A DNA stretch of 64,000 nucleotides, from IMG/VR virus record IMGVR_UViG_3300045988_119069; one strand, given 5' to 3'. How positions within the stretch are numbered: the stretch's first letter is position 1; each line of letters starts with the position of its first letter. Positions 26,723-36,548 of this stretch are shown one piece after another. This DNA comes from a virus. The position numbers and the translations under genes were made by a program. The notes under the pieces are model-generated. The model was not told the origin of the DNA and searched no databases. It saw only the letters and a list, made by a program, of their open reading frames with translations.

Positions 26723-26784
26723 ACGTTGACAGCCGCTTCCCTATAAATAACAAATAATAACTAACAAATAATAAATTAAAAAAC

Positions 26785-27966
26785 GTGAAGCTACAAGCAA
26801 AATCATCCCGCGTACTCGCCGCAGCTTTGCAGAAGTCTATGCGCTGCATCGAGAGCCGTAACACCATAGCCATCCTCGACAACGTGCTTCTTTCAAAGCA
26901 TGAGGACGGCAACCTGTATTTTACGTCTGCCTCCACCGACGCGCAGCTCACTATCCCCGCGCCTCTGACGGTCTGTAACGGACAGTTCAGTGGACCGCTG
27001 GCTCTGCCCATCAAGATTATCAGCCAGTATCTCGCCACACTGCCCGACTGCACCGTCACGTTGGATTTCGTCAGCAACAGCACACTTCAGCTGGAGTATT
27101 GCACCGGCGATGACGATAACGTGAAGGAAGGCAGGGTAACCATTCCTTACTACGACGGCAAGGATTTCCCCACGATGGCTGTCATGGGCGAAGAGAAGCT
27201 GCATATCACATTGCCTGGAGGCAGACTGCTTGACGTTATCGGCAAGACCAGTTCCTTTGTCTCTTACAATGAGCTGCATCCGACGATGAACGCTCTTTGC
27301 ATAGACGTAGTGGAAGACATGAGCGAGGTTATCTTTGTCGGTACTGACGGCAGAATACTCCTGAAGCACACCTACTCTAACAACCTCGACAAAGGAGGTG
27401 GCAATTTCTTCGTCAGCGGACAGCCCGACAAGATGCTTATGCCGGTGTCACACTTCCGCCCGCTCGCCGCTTTCAACAGTTCCGAAAACATCGACATCAT
27501 CAGTGACGGACGTGCCATCCGTTTCACGTCGTCCGCTGCCGACTTCCTCTGCAAGACTATAGAAGGCAGATATCCTAACTATAACTCGGTTATACCGCGC
27601 AATAATCCGTATCACGTCTGCTTCAGCAAGAGAGAAATGCTCTCTATTCTCAAGCGTGTACGACTGTTCGGCAGGGATGACGACCTCGTAGAGCTGCGCA
27701 AGGACGGAATGTTCTTCAACGTGTCGGCGCAGGACATCGACAACGCGCAGGGAGCGGAAGACCAGGTTATGATAGGCGATGCGGAATGTCCTGATGGCTT
27801 CCAGATTGGCTTTAAGGGCGAAAACCTAACTCGCTGTCTTAATGCTCTCGACTCTGACGACGTTCGCCTCCAGGTGTCTGACTCCACACATCCCGGCGTA
27901 ATGACCGTTGATGTTCCTGCTCCCGACACATTGTCTTTGATAATGCCGATGGTGCTTGAAAACTAA
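26785..27966 (+). CDS. dnaN: DNA polymerase III beta sliding clamp homolog
   Basis: About 390 aa. N-terminal pattern ...RNTIAILDNVLLSKHEDGNLYFTSASTDAQLTI is typical of DnaN. GTG start. Confidence 0.75.
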   Translation: MKLQAKSSRVLAAALQKSMRCIESRNTIAILDNVLLSKHEDGNLYFTSASTDAQLTIPAPLTVCNGQFSGPLALPIKIISQYLATLPDCTVTLDFVSNSTLQLEYCTGDDDNVKEGRVTIPYYDGKDFPTMAVMGEEKLHITLPGGRLLDVIGKTSSFVSYNELHPTMNALCIDVVEDMSEVIFVGTDGRILLKHTYSNNLDKGGGNFFVSGQPDKMLMPVSHFRPLAAFNSSENIDIISDGRAIRFTSSAADFLCKTIEGRYPNYNSVIPRNNPYHVCFSKREMLSILKRVRLFGRDDDLVELRKDGMFFNVSAQDIDNAQGAEDQVMIGDAECPDGFQIGFKGENLTRCLNALDSDDVRLQVSDSTHPGVMTVDVPAPDTLSLIMPMVLEN

Positions 27967-27998
27967 ATAATAATTAATAACTAATAATTAATAATTAA

Positions 27999-28634
27999 AT
28001 GGACGATACTCTACTATTCATACCGCCTTGCTGCGTAGACAATAAGCTGCCCAAGGCGGTCAATCAGGCACCTCACCGTCAGCTTACGTTTTATACGCAT
28101 GGCGACGTGACGGTGGAGAAGTTCTATAAGGCAGTGAGCCACCTTGTTATAGATCCTCACGTCATGGTGCTCACTATGCCTTTCCTCAAGCAGGAGACCT
28201 TCGTTTTTCTGGAGCAGTGTTTTGAGCGGGGTTGGATTACCCACCTCATTCTCTCCACTGCCCGCCCGTACGACTCGTTGCTGTATAGATACCTCGGCGT
28301 TTATATCGACCGCATCCTCTATGCGTCGAGCGTGGATGTCAGCGACCTAAGCAGCCACATGGTCTTGTATAATAAGGAGCGGTCTCTGACGCTTAGCGGA
28401 CCTATGTTCGACCGACCTCAGAACTGTATACGTCTCGCTGCCTATACCCTCGTGTTCCACCCGTCGCATCTGCTTAACTCTACAAGCGACTGGGGCAACT
28501 CGCTCCGCAACATCCTCTTCCCCGACGTTTTGTGTCAGCGGCAGAAGCTGTTTGCAGGAGGCGTAAAACTGATAAAGGACAAGGAAATAGACAGGTTCAT
28601 ACACCTTGAGTTTCCTCCATTTAAAGAAGAATAA
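27999..28634 (+). CDS. hypothetical protein (211 aa)
   Basis: ORF track. Confidence 0.65.
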   Translation: MDDTLLFIPPCCVDNKLPKAVNQAPHRQLTFYTHGDVTVEKFYKAVSHLVIDPHVMVLTMPFLKQETFVFLEQCFERGWITHLILSTARPYDSLLYRYLGVYIDRILYASSVDVSDLSSHMVLYNKERSLTLSGPMFDRPQNCIRLAAYTLVFHPSHLLNSTSDWGNSLRNILFPDVLCQRQKLFAGGVKLIKDKEIDRFIHLEFPPFKEE

Positions 28635-28636
28635 AC

Positions 28637-28948
28637 ATGAGACAACCCACACAGTCATTCACCGAACTGCGACGCTTTATGGAGAAGTGGCAGTGGGACG
28701 ACCCACGCACGGGACAGCGCGTCACCGGCTTCAATCCACCGCAGACAGCCAGGAACGTACAGCGTATGCCGTTCTACATTCGTTTCCTCACAAAGACGGG
28801 ACACGTAGACACCGGCACCTGCGTCTGCCTCTCGGTTGACACCATACGCCATCAGCGCAAGGTGCAGTTCGTGGAGAGTGGCGAGATAAGGGTTGTCAAC
28901 GACATACTTGTGCTGGAAGTAGACGGCACGAGATTCATTACGCATTAA
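28637..28948 (+). CDS. hypothetical protein (103 aa)
   Basis: ORF track. Confidence 0.6.
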   Translation: MRQPTQSFTELRRFMEKWQWDDPRTGQRVTGFNPPQTARNVQRMPFYIRFLTKTGHVDTGTCVCLSVDTIRHQRKVQFVESGEIRVVNDILVLEVDGTRFITH

Positions 28949-29139
28949 CTGTTTCTTTATTATATATATTACACGTTAAAGTATAGTTTTTGGTAATAAG
29001 TTTTTTTACAAGAAAATCAAGTTTGTTTCGTCCGTGAGGATATGTACTTGAACCACGTTTTTAGCAAATATATTCTATTTTTCTCTTGGTTCGTGAGAAT
29101 AGAGAGGTCTTTCAAAGTAACAATTTAAACCAAGATATT

Positions 29140-29703
29140 ATGAGTAATTTATTAAAAAGTCTTTTCGGTAAGAAAGAAGAGACAACGAAAGAAACTCTGA
29201 GAGACATCTTAGATATAAGGCGTATTTTTCAAAAATGGGAAAACCATCGTTTGATATATTGGAGGAGAAAGGACAAACTTCTTTTAATAGAAGAGTCTCT
29301 TGCTGCTGTTGAGCTCTCTAAAGGAAGGGAGTTTTTTATGGACTTTCTAACAAAGGCTGCGTTATGGCAGAACAGCCATATCTTAGATGAAGCCTACGAA
29401 GCCCACCGTCTGAAGATAGAGACCGAGGCAGTGCGTAAGGCTCAGGCTCGTTTTGCGATGCTGACGAAAGCCGACCTTCAGCGCATCCGTCAACAGGCAC
29501 GTGAGGACATGAAGCCCATACCGCCTGAACAGCTCGACTGCATCAAGGAGTTTGACATTCTCATTGTCCGTGCCAGTGCACCGTCAGCCGAGCAAGCCAC
29601 GAAGGAGAACGGACAACTGCTTGCCGTGGGACATTTTGACGGGCAGAAAGTGGAAATGGCAATGTACGATGACATCAAGCATACCATATTCAGCCATGAT
29701 TAG
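29140..29703 (+). CDS. hypothetical protein (187 aa)
   Basis: Track ORF trimmed to the first ATG (29140); TAG stop overlaps the next start. Confidence 0.65.
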   Translation: MSNLLKSLFGKKEETTKETLRDILDIRRIFQKWENHRLIYWRRKDKLLLIEESLAAVELSKGREFFMDFLTKAALWQNSHILDEAYEAHRLKIETEAVRKAQARFAMLTKADLQRIRQQAREDMKPIPPEQLDCIKEFDILIVRASAPSAEQATKENGQLLAVGHFDGQKVEMAMYDDIKHTIFSHD

Positions 29704-30214
29704 CCTCGAACTTGACCGGCACGATTTCGTATCTGCCGTTGAAGGATTCGCTCACGGTTCACACCTCCGTCAGCACGTATGGCGAGATATAGTCTATAGA
29801 AGCATCCCGCAGATGAATGACGATGAAATGGATTACTTCTGGTACATCTTCCGCAGGAATCTTTGGGAATGCTACTTCCGTAAGCGTGGTGATGAAACGG
29901 TGTTCGAGTGTGGTTGCGAGAACTATCTGCATGTCCTTGCCGCCCTGCATCGGGGCAACCGTTATTCCGTCACTTTCAATTCAGCCGACACCAAGGAGCA
30001 GACAAAGGTGACATGTTATCGCTTCAAGGGCCGATATCACGTCCTTTATATGCCAGGATGTTACGGCAAGACCATCGCCTCGTTCTGGTCGTATGTTCCC
30101 GACGAATGGGTAAAGGATTGTGTACGGCTCAACTTGCCCGAGAACAGTTACGTGCAGGAAGGCAGGGAAGAATGGTGGACCGATCTGAGCGTTTATGACA
30201 AATTAATCAAGTGA
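29696..30214 (+). CDS. hypothetical protein (172 aa)
   Basis: Track ORF 29552.. trimmed to ATG 29696 (MISLELD...), which overlaps the upstream stop. Confidence 0.6.
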   Translation: MISLELDRHDFVSAVEGFAHGSHLRQHVWRDIVYRSIPQMNDDEMDYFWYIFRRNLWECYFRKRGDETVFECGCENYLHVLAALHRGNRYSVTFNSADTKEQTKVTCYRFKGRYHVLYMPGCYGKTIASFWSYVPDEWVKDCVRLNLPENSYVQEGREEWWTDLSVYDKLIK

Positions 30215-30244
30215 AAAATATTAACCGTAAAAACAATTATCTAT

Positions 30245-30775
30245 ATGAAAAAGGAAGAAGCAAAGTATCAGTCTCCGGCTTCGGTCGCTATGGCAGCAGC
30301 CGTTTTGGAAGTTATAGGCAAGGGAGAGAATCAGTCGATGGACACCTTAAAGCAGGACGTGGCAGATGCCTTCAGCTTGATAAACCGTGCTTTTGCTGCG
30401 TACCAGAAGTTTTGGGAAAAAGATCAGGAAACCAAAGACGAGACTCCGGCGGACAGCCAGAACAATGAGAGCGAGAAGCCGGAAGGCAACGGACAGGCTC
30501 TCAAGATAGACAAGGAGAAACTTGACGCATGCACTGAAGACGTTCATCGTGCTTTCCTCGCTTACAACCTATACGCCGTAATCCTTGCAAAGCACGGTGA
30601 AATAAATCTCACGTCCAAGCACCTGGTAAAGGCAGCAAAACGCATTGCCCGCGCTTGTATGAAGGACATTGAAGGCCTTAATCTTGACAATATGAAGGTC
30701 AGGATTACGAGAGTAAAGGGCAAGGGAGGCGAACTGAATCTGAAAATATATCCTGACGCTAACTATGAAGTCTGA
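30245..30775 (+). CDS. hypothetical protein (176 aa)
   Basis: ORF track. Confidence 0.65.
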   Translation: MKKEEAKYQSPASVAMAAAVLEVIGKGENQSMDTLKQDVADAFSLINRAFAAYQKFWEKDQETKDETPADSQNNESEKPEGNGQALKIDKEKLDACTEDVHRAFLAYNLYAVILAKHGEINLTSKHLVKAAKRIARACMKDIEGLNLDNMKVRITRVKGKGGELNLKIYPDANYEV

Positions 30776-31418
30776 AATGTTCATCCCCAAGGCTGGCGAC
30801 ATCGTAGCATGGAACAACGAGAGCAAGTGTACCAGCATCGCCGTGATGATGAACGAAGACGAGTTTAGCGTATGCCTTAACTTTCGTGGACGTAAGGACG
30901 AGGAGAGCCGAGTTTGGGAGTGGGACAATGTTCCGACTAACAAACCGCTCCGTAGGGCAGACAAGCTGGAAATGGCATGGCTCTTTGCCGAACTTATCGG
31001 GCAGGGATATGAGTTCCGGGCGGAGGACGGCAAGGTCACGGTGCGCATTGACAATGAGGCTCAGACCGACGCAGCCGAACATTCTGAACAGCCGGCTGCA
31101 AAAAACGACGAACATCCTATCACAATGCACGTGGAATGCGTCTTTCTTACTCGCAATCAACGCTTCGCCAAGTACATCTACGAGCTTGCCATGCTTTACA
31201 AGCAGAAGGGTTCGTTCCGTCAGATGTCCGAACTGTCACGTAACAATAATATTTCGTCTGTCAAGAAGGAGGTTTGTTTCCGTGTAGGCTTGCACGAACT
31301 GCAAGATCCCGAATGGCTCAAGACCCACAACGGACGCGTGTTCTGTGATAGCCTATATGAATATGTACTTCATCATACGGCACAGTTGCCGTTGATACCT
31401 AATTCCCAACGCCGATGA
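30765..31418 (+). CDS. hypothetical protein (217 aa)
   Basis: ORF track; overlaps its neighbours. Confidence 0.65.
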   Translation: MKSEMFIPKAGDIVAWNNESKCTSIAVMMNEDEFSVCLNFRGRKDEESRVWEWDNVPTNKPLRRADKLEMAWLFAELIGQGYEFRAEDGKVTVRIDNEAQTDAAEHSEQPAAKNDEHPITMHVECVFLTRNQRFAKYIYELAMLYKQKGSFRQMSELSRNNNISSVKKEVCFRVGLHELQDPEWLKTHNGRVFCDSLYEYVLHHTAQLPLIPNSQRR

Positions 31419-32479
31419 AGATTAGTCTTTCAACGCGTCCGCAAGATGTCATCGCCACTCTCGAAGGGGAGTGGCAGATGGCTGTGGATGCCTACATCAA
31501 GAACGAAGGCGGCAAAAAGGAATACGACCGCAAGCAAGACGGTTATCTGGCAGTAGCCGAAAAGGCGAAAGAGAATTTTATCCCTGCCACGTTCCTATGG
31601 CAGTCGCCCGACGGCAACAAGTGGTGTGTGTTCGAGCATACCACGTTCGACTCCGGATATGCCCACACCTGCAGCTATGCCTTCTGCTATTACTTGACCT
31701 TCGGCTTCGGAGGTGTTTTCTTCAAGTTTAGCAAGACATCCCCCGTCACCAACCAGAAGACTGTAGGATATATCTGCTATGAGAGTCATTTCTTCGAGCG
31801 TCTGCATGAGCGAGGCTTATACGAATGGCGAGGCATTGATACGCTAAAGCAGTTCATTGCCGACAACCACGGCAATATGATATACGGCACCGACATAGAC
31901 AGTCACAAGGTGGACATTCGCATCGGCACGGCAATAGGCCGCGGTTTTCGTCATCGTGACTATCCGCAGGCTTATTACATCAAGACCGTGCTTGATGACA
32001 GCCAGCTCACTCGTACACAGCGTAAGACTACAGCTTTTGGCAGACGGTTGGGCGATACAGCCAACAAATATACCGACTTGCCGCCGTCCGCTTCAGTGGA
32101 ACGTGAATGGGCAAGATGCAAGAAGGCACATGATGACGGGAAGGTAGGCGAATATAAGCAGATGCAGATACGCGACCTGGCAAGGCTGACGGGAACATCT
32201 CAAGAAACGGCAAGGGATGTTTACTATTTGTATGCCTTGTTGTATAATATCGTGCTGCGCCTGAAACCTTCTGTCTCGTGTAATCTCACGTCCGACCAGA
32301 TACATGTTTTTCATGCGAAAAGCATGGAATTGCTCAAGGGTTGGAACGGAGAGGAAGTAAGCAATCTTGTCATCAAGACCACCATCACCAATGCCGTTCT
32401 TGCCATCAGCAAGCAGTTAGGGTGGAGTCTTACCCGTAGCGGAGTTTTGCGCAGTGTTCACGAAATAATGAATATTTAG
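31415..32479 (+). CDS. hypothetical protein (354 aa)
   Basis: ORF track; ATGA overlap with the upstream gene; TAG stop. Confidence 0.7.
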   Translation: MKISLSTRPQDVIATLEGEWQMAVDAYIKNEGGKKEYDRKQDGYLAVAEKAKENFIPATFLWQSPDGNKWCVFEHTTFDSGYAHTCSYAFCYYLTFGFGGVFFKFSKTSPVTNQKTVGYICYESHFFERLHERGLYEWRGIDTLKQFIADNHGNMIYGTDIDSHKVDIRIGTAIGRGFRHRDYPQAYYIKTVLDDSQLTRTQRKTTAFGRRLGDTANKYTDLPPSASVEREWARCKKAHDDGKVGEYKQMQIRDLARLTGTSQETARDVYYLYALLYNIVLRLKPSVSCNLTSDQIHVFHAKSMELLKGWNGEEVSNLVIKTTITNAVLAISKQLGWSLTRSGVLRSVHEIMNI

Positions 32480-32623
32480 CATCTGACATTATACCGATAT
32501 ATGGGCATCCGCTTCTATTTTGATAGTGATAGCGAATGGATGAAGAAGATTAAACAATAGAGGAAATTAAGGGAAAACAAAGGGAAATTTCCCCTAATTT
32601 GTTTTCATTAAAAGAATATAGAT

Positions 32624-32983
32624 ATGAAAGAACTAAATGCTTCTCAGTTAGGCACGGTTGAACTGTTCCGGAATGCGTGCAATCGTTTGGCAACCTTTGT
32701 CAACATGCAGCTCTTTGACGGTTGTCGTAATTGGTATTGGATAGGTGATGAAGTAGGTGGAGCGTGTGACTTCGAGGAAGCCGACGTGCTGAATCCGGAA
32801 GACATGGTGCGCATCATCGAGAACAATATGTCCTATGATGAATATGCCGAGTGGCGTGATGCAAATCTCGACCACGCGCAGTATATAAACTTAAAGTCGT
32901 GGCTCATGGGCGCACGGCATGAAATGTTTAATAAAGAAAATGGCTATGAAAGCGAGATTGGCAAAGAAAACAGTGAAGGCTAA
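32624..32983 (+). CDS. hypothetical protein (119 aa)
   Basis: ORF track. Confidence 0.65.
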   Translation: MKELNASQLGTVELFRNACNRLATFVNMQLFDGCRNWYWIGDEVGGACDFEEADVLNPEDMVRIIENNMSYDEYAEWRDANLDHAQYINLKSWLMGARHEMFNKENGYESEIGKENSEG

Positions 32984-33085
32984 CGTCTGAAGCAAGAGAT
33001 TTGACATTCATACTTGTAATTATAGATTTGCAATATTCTTTTATTCAAATGTTTTGTCCTTAGCGAAGGACATAGTTGTTCTTTT

Positions 33086-33114
33086 GGCAGTCGTTGTGAA
33101 ACGGCTGCCTTTTT
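33086..33114 (+). terminator. terminator hairpin at the convergent junction
   Basis: GGCAGTCG ... CGGCTGCC followed by TTTTT. A second hairpin TGTCCTT-agcg-AAGGACA lies at 33055-33072. Confidence 0.65.
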
Positions 33115-35110
33115 ATCTTCCGCTCGGCAGCACGAACCAACCGCCACCGCCACGGAAGAACTTGCAACCTAAGTACAGCGTATCGAAGGCATCCGTGAAG
33201 TCGGTACGTTGCTGCAGGGGCAGCGTGTCTTCGCTCTCAGGCTTCTTCTCCTGACTCTTGTCTTTATGGAAACCCTTATACGAAATCTGCACCTCGCACA
33301 GCTGCATGGCAATGATAAGGTCCGGGTTGTTCGGCTGGTTGATGCGGATGGCAGGGTAGGAGAGGTGCGCCAAGCCGTCGTTGATAATCTTGTGCTTTAC
33401 CTCGTGCTTCTCGGGAGCACCCATATCTATGGCTGTCACGTTCCACCCTCGCTTCTCTAATTCTGCAATCACGGTCATATAGAATCGCTCGTCTGACGAA
33501 GCGTAGGATGCTCCCTGCTTAGCCGTAGCATCATAAAAATACGTCACGTCGCGGTTGATGGCCCGCTTCGGTGCGTAATAATCCGAAAAATCGGCTATCA
33601 GTTCACGCAGTTTGCGCTCGTTCTTCACATAAAAACTCTTGATGACGTTCAGACATTCCATGCCGTCACGCTCGTACATCTGCCCAACCACCAACGTATT
33701 TATGTTAGCATTGTAATCCAAGGCTATATATAAATTTAAAGAGTTGATGCAGTCGGCATCCATGCGGCAGTCGTTGCGCTCGGACAGTTCTTTCAGATCC
33801 GGCTGATAACTCTCCGAAGTGACCTTTTGTCCGTTGATGATACCTGTAGCCTTGACAGTAGAGAATTTCGCCTGACTGAGAGGGTCTATAGAGTCGCCTG
33901 GGTCGTAACCGTGAACATTGTCGATGTCGAGATTAGAGTAAAAGCCATCGTTCGACTTCTGCATCTTTATGTTCAGCACTGAGCAAGCGAAGGTGTACGC
34001 CGGAAGATCTCGCTTGAGCTGTCGGATGTAATCTTCCCCTAAAAGGTCCACGTTTTCGAGCGTAGAAGCTCTCTCCACAACAAAACCTACGCGGCGCAGC
34101 TCACGCAGATAGCCGTCCTGAAACTTCTTTGAGCGCAGGAACATCTGCATTTCAAAATCCTCTCCAGGCGTAATCAGATATTCATAGTCGTAAACCAGTT
34201 CGGCATCATCCACGGAGAGTAGCTTATAGTTTACCGCCATATCCACCATTGCCTTCGTGATGTGCTTGCCATGATTAGGCATGATACGAAACTCTCCCTC
34301 ATGCTTCATCATCTTCAGAGCCGTGTCGCGAATATCTTCTTTTACTTCTGCCGGCACCACATGCACCGAATGCCCCGACTTCTTTGCATTGTAAAGCATA
34401 TCGTTGTAGCGTATAACCTTGTCGGCATATTCCTCCAACTGTTCTTGCACCCACCGATAACTTTTGCCCTTGAACGGACCCGTCTCAACGGTCAGTTCCA
34501 GCTTCTCGTCCTCATGTTCGAGCCACGAACCTTTAGCGGTCAGCGAAGCATCCGACACAAAGAGTCGTCCGCGGTAAAACGGATTGTATTCCGAGAAATT
34601 GATTTCGCCCAACGGATGTGTCTGTCCGGAAAGCGAAGGCATAAACTCCTCGTCAATCTTCTTTTTCGGAGCAAAGCGTCCCTCGTCCAATATTGCGTGT
34701 GAAAAAGTGTGGGAGTTTGAACTTGCCACCTGCGCCAGTGATATTGCTGCCCACTGGGCACCGTTAGCCAGCCAGATGATGTTGTCATAGTTTTTCGGCT
34801 TGAAGATGCTCGGTCGGGCATGACGTGGCGGTCGTCCCCAGCCCATGTGGATGCCGAGCACGAAGCCGAACATACGTTCCATAGCCGCCATTGTGCCAGG
34901 AATGGTTTTCGAGAAAGCCTGCTGTCGGGAAATGGCGAGCCATGCGCCCAGCATACCCGGCATGCTGTTGCTGACAGCCCAGACGCGCGGTGCCACAAGA
35001 CCGTCGGTCTTACCCGTGCGTCGTCCTGCAATCACAGTTTCGTCTTTCGCTCCGATATGGAGCATCCGCTGCTGAAAGCGAGTCAGATAGATTTGGTGAG
35101 GTTGCTGCAT
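33113..35110 (-). CDS. terL: terminase large subunit
   Basis: 665 aa. Walker A VIAGRRTGKTDG near the N-terminus; overall ATPase plus nuclease size and layout. Confidence 0.85.
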   Translation of the reverse strand: MQQPHQIYLTRFQQRMLHIGAKDETVIAGRRTGKTDGLVAPRVWAVSNSMPGMLGAWLAISRQQAFSKTIPGTMAAMERMFGFVLGIHMGWGRPPRHARPSIFKPKNYDNIIWLANGAQWAAISLAQVASSNSHTFSHAILDEGRFAPKKKIDEEFMPSLSGQTHPLGEINFSEYNPFYRGRLFVSDASLTAKGSWLEHEDEKLELTVETGPFKGKSYRWVQEQLEEYADKVIRYNDMLYNAKKSGHSVHVVPAEVKEDIRDTALKMMKHEGEFRIMPNHGKHITKAMVDMAVNYKLLSVDDAELVYDYEYLITPGEDFEMQMFLRSKKFQDGYLRELRRVGFVVERASTLENVDLLGEDYIRQLKRDLPAYTFACSVLNIKMQKSNDGFYSNLDIDNVHGYDPGDSIDPLSQAKFSTVKATGIINGQKVTSESYQPDLKELSERNDCRMDADCINSLNLYIALDYNANINTLVVGQMYERDGMECLNVIKSFYVKNERKLRELIADFSDYYAPKRAINRDVTYFYDATAKQGASYASSDERFYMTVIAELEKRGWNVTAIDMGAPEKHEVKHKIINDGLAHLSYPAIRINQPNNPDLIIAMQLCEVQISYKGFHKDKSQEKKPESEDTLPLQQRTDFTDAFDTLYLGCKFFRGGGGWFVLPSGR

Positions 35111-35162
35111 ATTGTTATCCTGATTTTGTGTTGTTCAAACCACAGAGGACACGTTTTTTCTA

Positions 35163-35244
35163 CTAACGGAACACACAGAAACAACAGAAAAACAAATGTG
35201 TCGTATCTTGAATATTTCTGTGAATTTCGTGCTTTCTGTTGGCT
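35163..35244 (-). repeat. intergenic hairpin element (CCAACAGAA family), minus orientation
   Basis: The minus strand reads AGCCAACAGAAAGCACGAAATTCACAGAA ... TTTCTGTTGTTTCTGTGTGTTCCGTTAG. Confidence 0.7.
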
Positions 35245-35258
35245 TTTACATCTGTGTT

Positions 35259-35510
35259 CTATGTGTCCTCTGTAGTTTTATTTTTTTCGTTGGCGATATG
35301 TCCCACGTGCCATTTACTGCAGGTCCTGCACCGATACACCGTATATCCCTGTGCTTTGAGCTTCGGATTCTCTTGCAAGAACTCCCAAGCATCATCCTCC
35401 GTCTCGTAGGCCTCCTTCGCCTTCCATGAGCGTTGCTTGCGAGTGTAGTGCTCAGGGTCCGGCTTGAACGGCGGAATCTTGTTGAAATATTTGTGTCGTT
35501 TGTTGCTCAT
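35259..35510 (-). CDS. small basic protein with a CxxC...H motif (83 aa)
   Basis: YRCRTCSKWHVGH; TAG stop. Confidence 0.6.
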   Translation of the reverse strand: MSNKRHKYFNKIPPFKPDPEHYTRKQRSWKAKEAYETEDDAWEFLQENPKLKAQGYTVYRCRTCSKWHVGHIANEKNKTTEDT

Positions 35511-35561
35511 GTATTGTTTTTGTGTTGTTTTGTTTTGTTTTCTCTGTTGTTCTGACTCCCC

Positions 35562-36161
35562 TCAGTTAAACCATTTCACAGTCGTCTCGCCCTTATATCC
35601 TTTCTCCCATACAAACCAGGCGTAAGCCGCAGCGCTGCTTCCGCACTTGTCGAAGTCTCCATTCATAGCGCATTTCAGTCGCGACGAACTTACCCAAACG
35701 CGAATGGGGGGGGAAGAACGGAAGAGAGCGCGTCGGGCCTTGCCTTCGAGGAAAGTCAGCTTCAGAAACATCGCCACCTTCTTTCCTTTGGGAATGATGT
35801 TCAGAGCCTTCTCCACAAACTGCTGCGCGAATTTGTAGGGAGGATTGGTAACGATGTCTCCGTCCCACGCCAAATTATCAATAGCGAGGAAGTCAGCCAC
35901 CTCGCCGTAGCCTCTATCCACAAGGTCGCGGCTCACCACCTCATACCCTGCTGCCTTCAGCACCTCGCTCATGTGACCCTCGCCACACGACGGCTCAAGA
36001 ATCCTTCTCTCAAATTGTTCCAGCTTGCACAGCCATTCCGTCGCCTTCGGTTCTGTGGCATAGTAATCCTCCCGCTGCCTATCCGCATCCGTATGGTTGC
36101 TTGCGCCCAATGTCTTGAACACAGCAGCCGAGCCACCTACCCAGTCCTTAGCCATTGTCAT
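35562..36161 (-). CDS. N6-adenine DNA methyltransferase (orphan)
   Basis: Motif I ILEPSCGEGH and motif IV IVTNPPYKF. Confidence 0.8.
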   Translation of the reverse strand: MTMAKDWVGGSAAVFKTLGASNHTDADRQREDYYATEPKATEWLCKLEQFERRILEPSCGEGHMSEVLKAAGYEVVSRDLVDRGYGEVADFLAIDNLAWDGDIVTNPPYKFAQQFVEKALNIIPKGKKVAMFLKLTFLEGKARRALFRSSPPIRVWVSSSRLKCAMNGDFDKCGSSAAAYAWFVWEKGYKGETTVKWFN

Positions 36162-36197
36162 CCTCCTTTCCGCATTTAATTGAATAGTTCATGTCTT

Positions 36198-36527
36198 TTA
36201 CATTTTGAATTGTCGTTTCAAGAAAGAATTACTCTTTATGAGATCTATTATTTCCTTCTCTGAGTGTAAACCCTCCCAAAATACTTCAGTATGTGAATAA
36301 CTTCTTTCATCATCAACAGAGAACGGCACGGCATAGTTGGTATATACAACGCCGTGATGTTTTATCAAGTGGCGACCCGGATTTTTGTAGATGTTATCAA
36401 TCCACTTTTCGTTGTCACATTCAGTCCATATTTTGTATTCTTCATGGGTAAGGCCCTTGTCGATACCCATAGGATAGTGCCCAGCCTTGCCGTTGCCTTC
36501 AGTCCCGAAATAAATTATCTTTGCCAT
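36198..36527 (-). CDS. hypothetical protein (109 aa)
   Basis: ORF track. Confidence 0.6.
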   Translation of the reverse strand: MAKIIYFGTEGNGKAGHYPMGIDKGLTHEEYKIWTECDNEKWIDNIYKNPGRHLIKHHGVVYTNYAVPFSVDDERSYSHTEVFWEGLHSEKEIIDLIKSNSFLKRQFKM

Positions 36528-36548
36528 ATCGTGATTGTTTTGTGTTGT

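Noticed and set aside
29090-29100. A recurrent hairpin-loop motif: TTCGTGAGAAT at 29090 and 53774, TCCGTGAGAAT at 6867, and CCGTGAGAATGGC inside the CDS at 3507.
   Set aside because: The motif is simply a TTC/GAA stem closed by a GUGA (GNRA) tetraloop. Matches of 11-mers are expected by chance many times in 128 kb of two-strand sequence, so this is not convincing as a specific element.
33023-33030. A TAGATTTG promoter-like box pointing into the 3' end of the terminase gene (antisense).
   Set aside because: It is a single 8-mer match in AT-rich convergent intergenic DNA. The downstream 66-aa ORF (33054-33254) is antisense to terminase and implausible.
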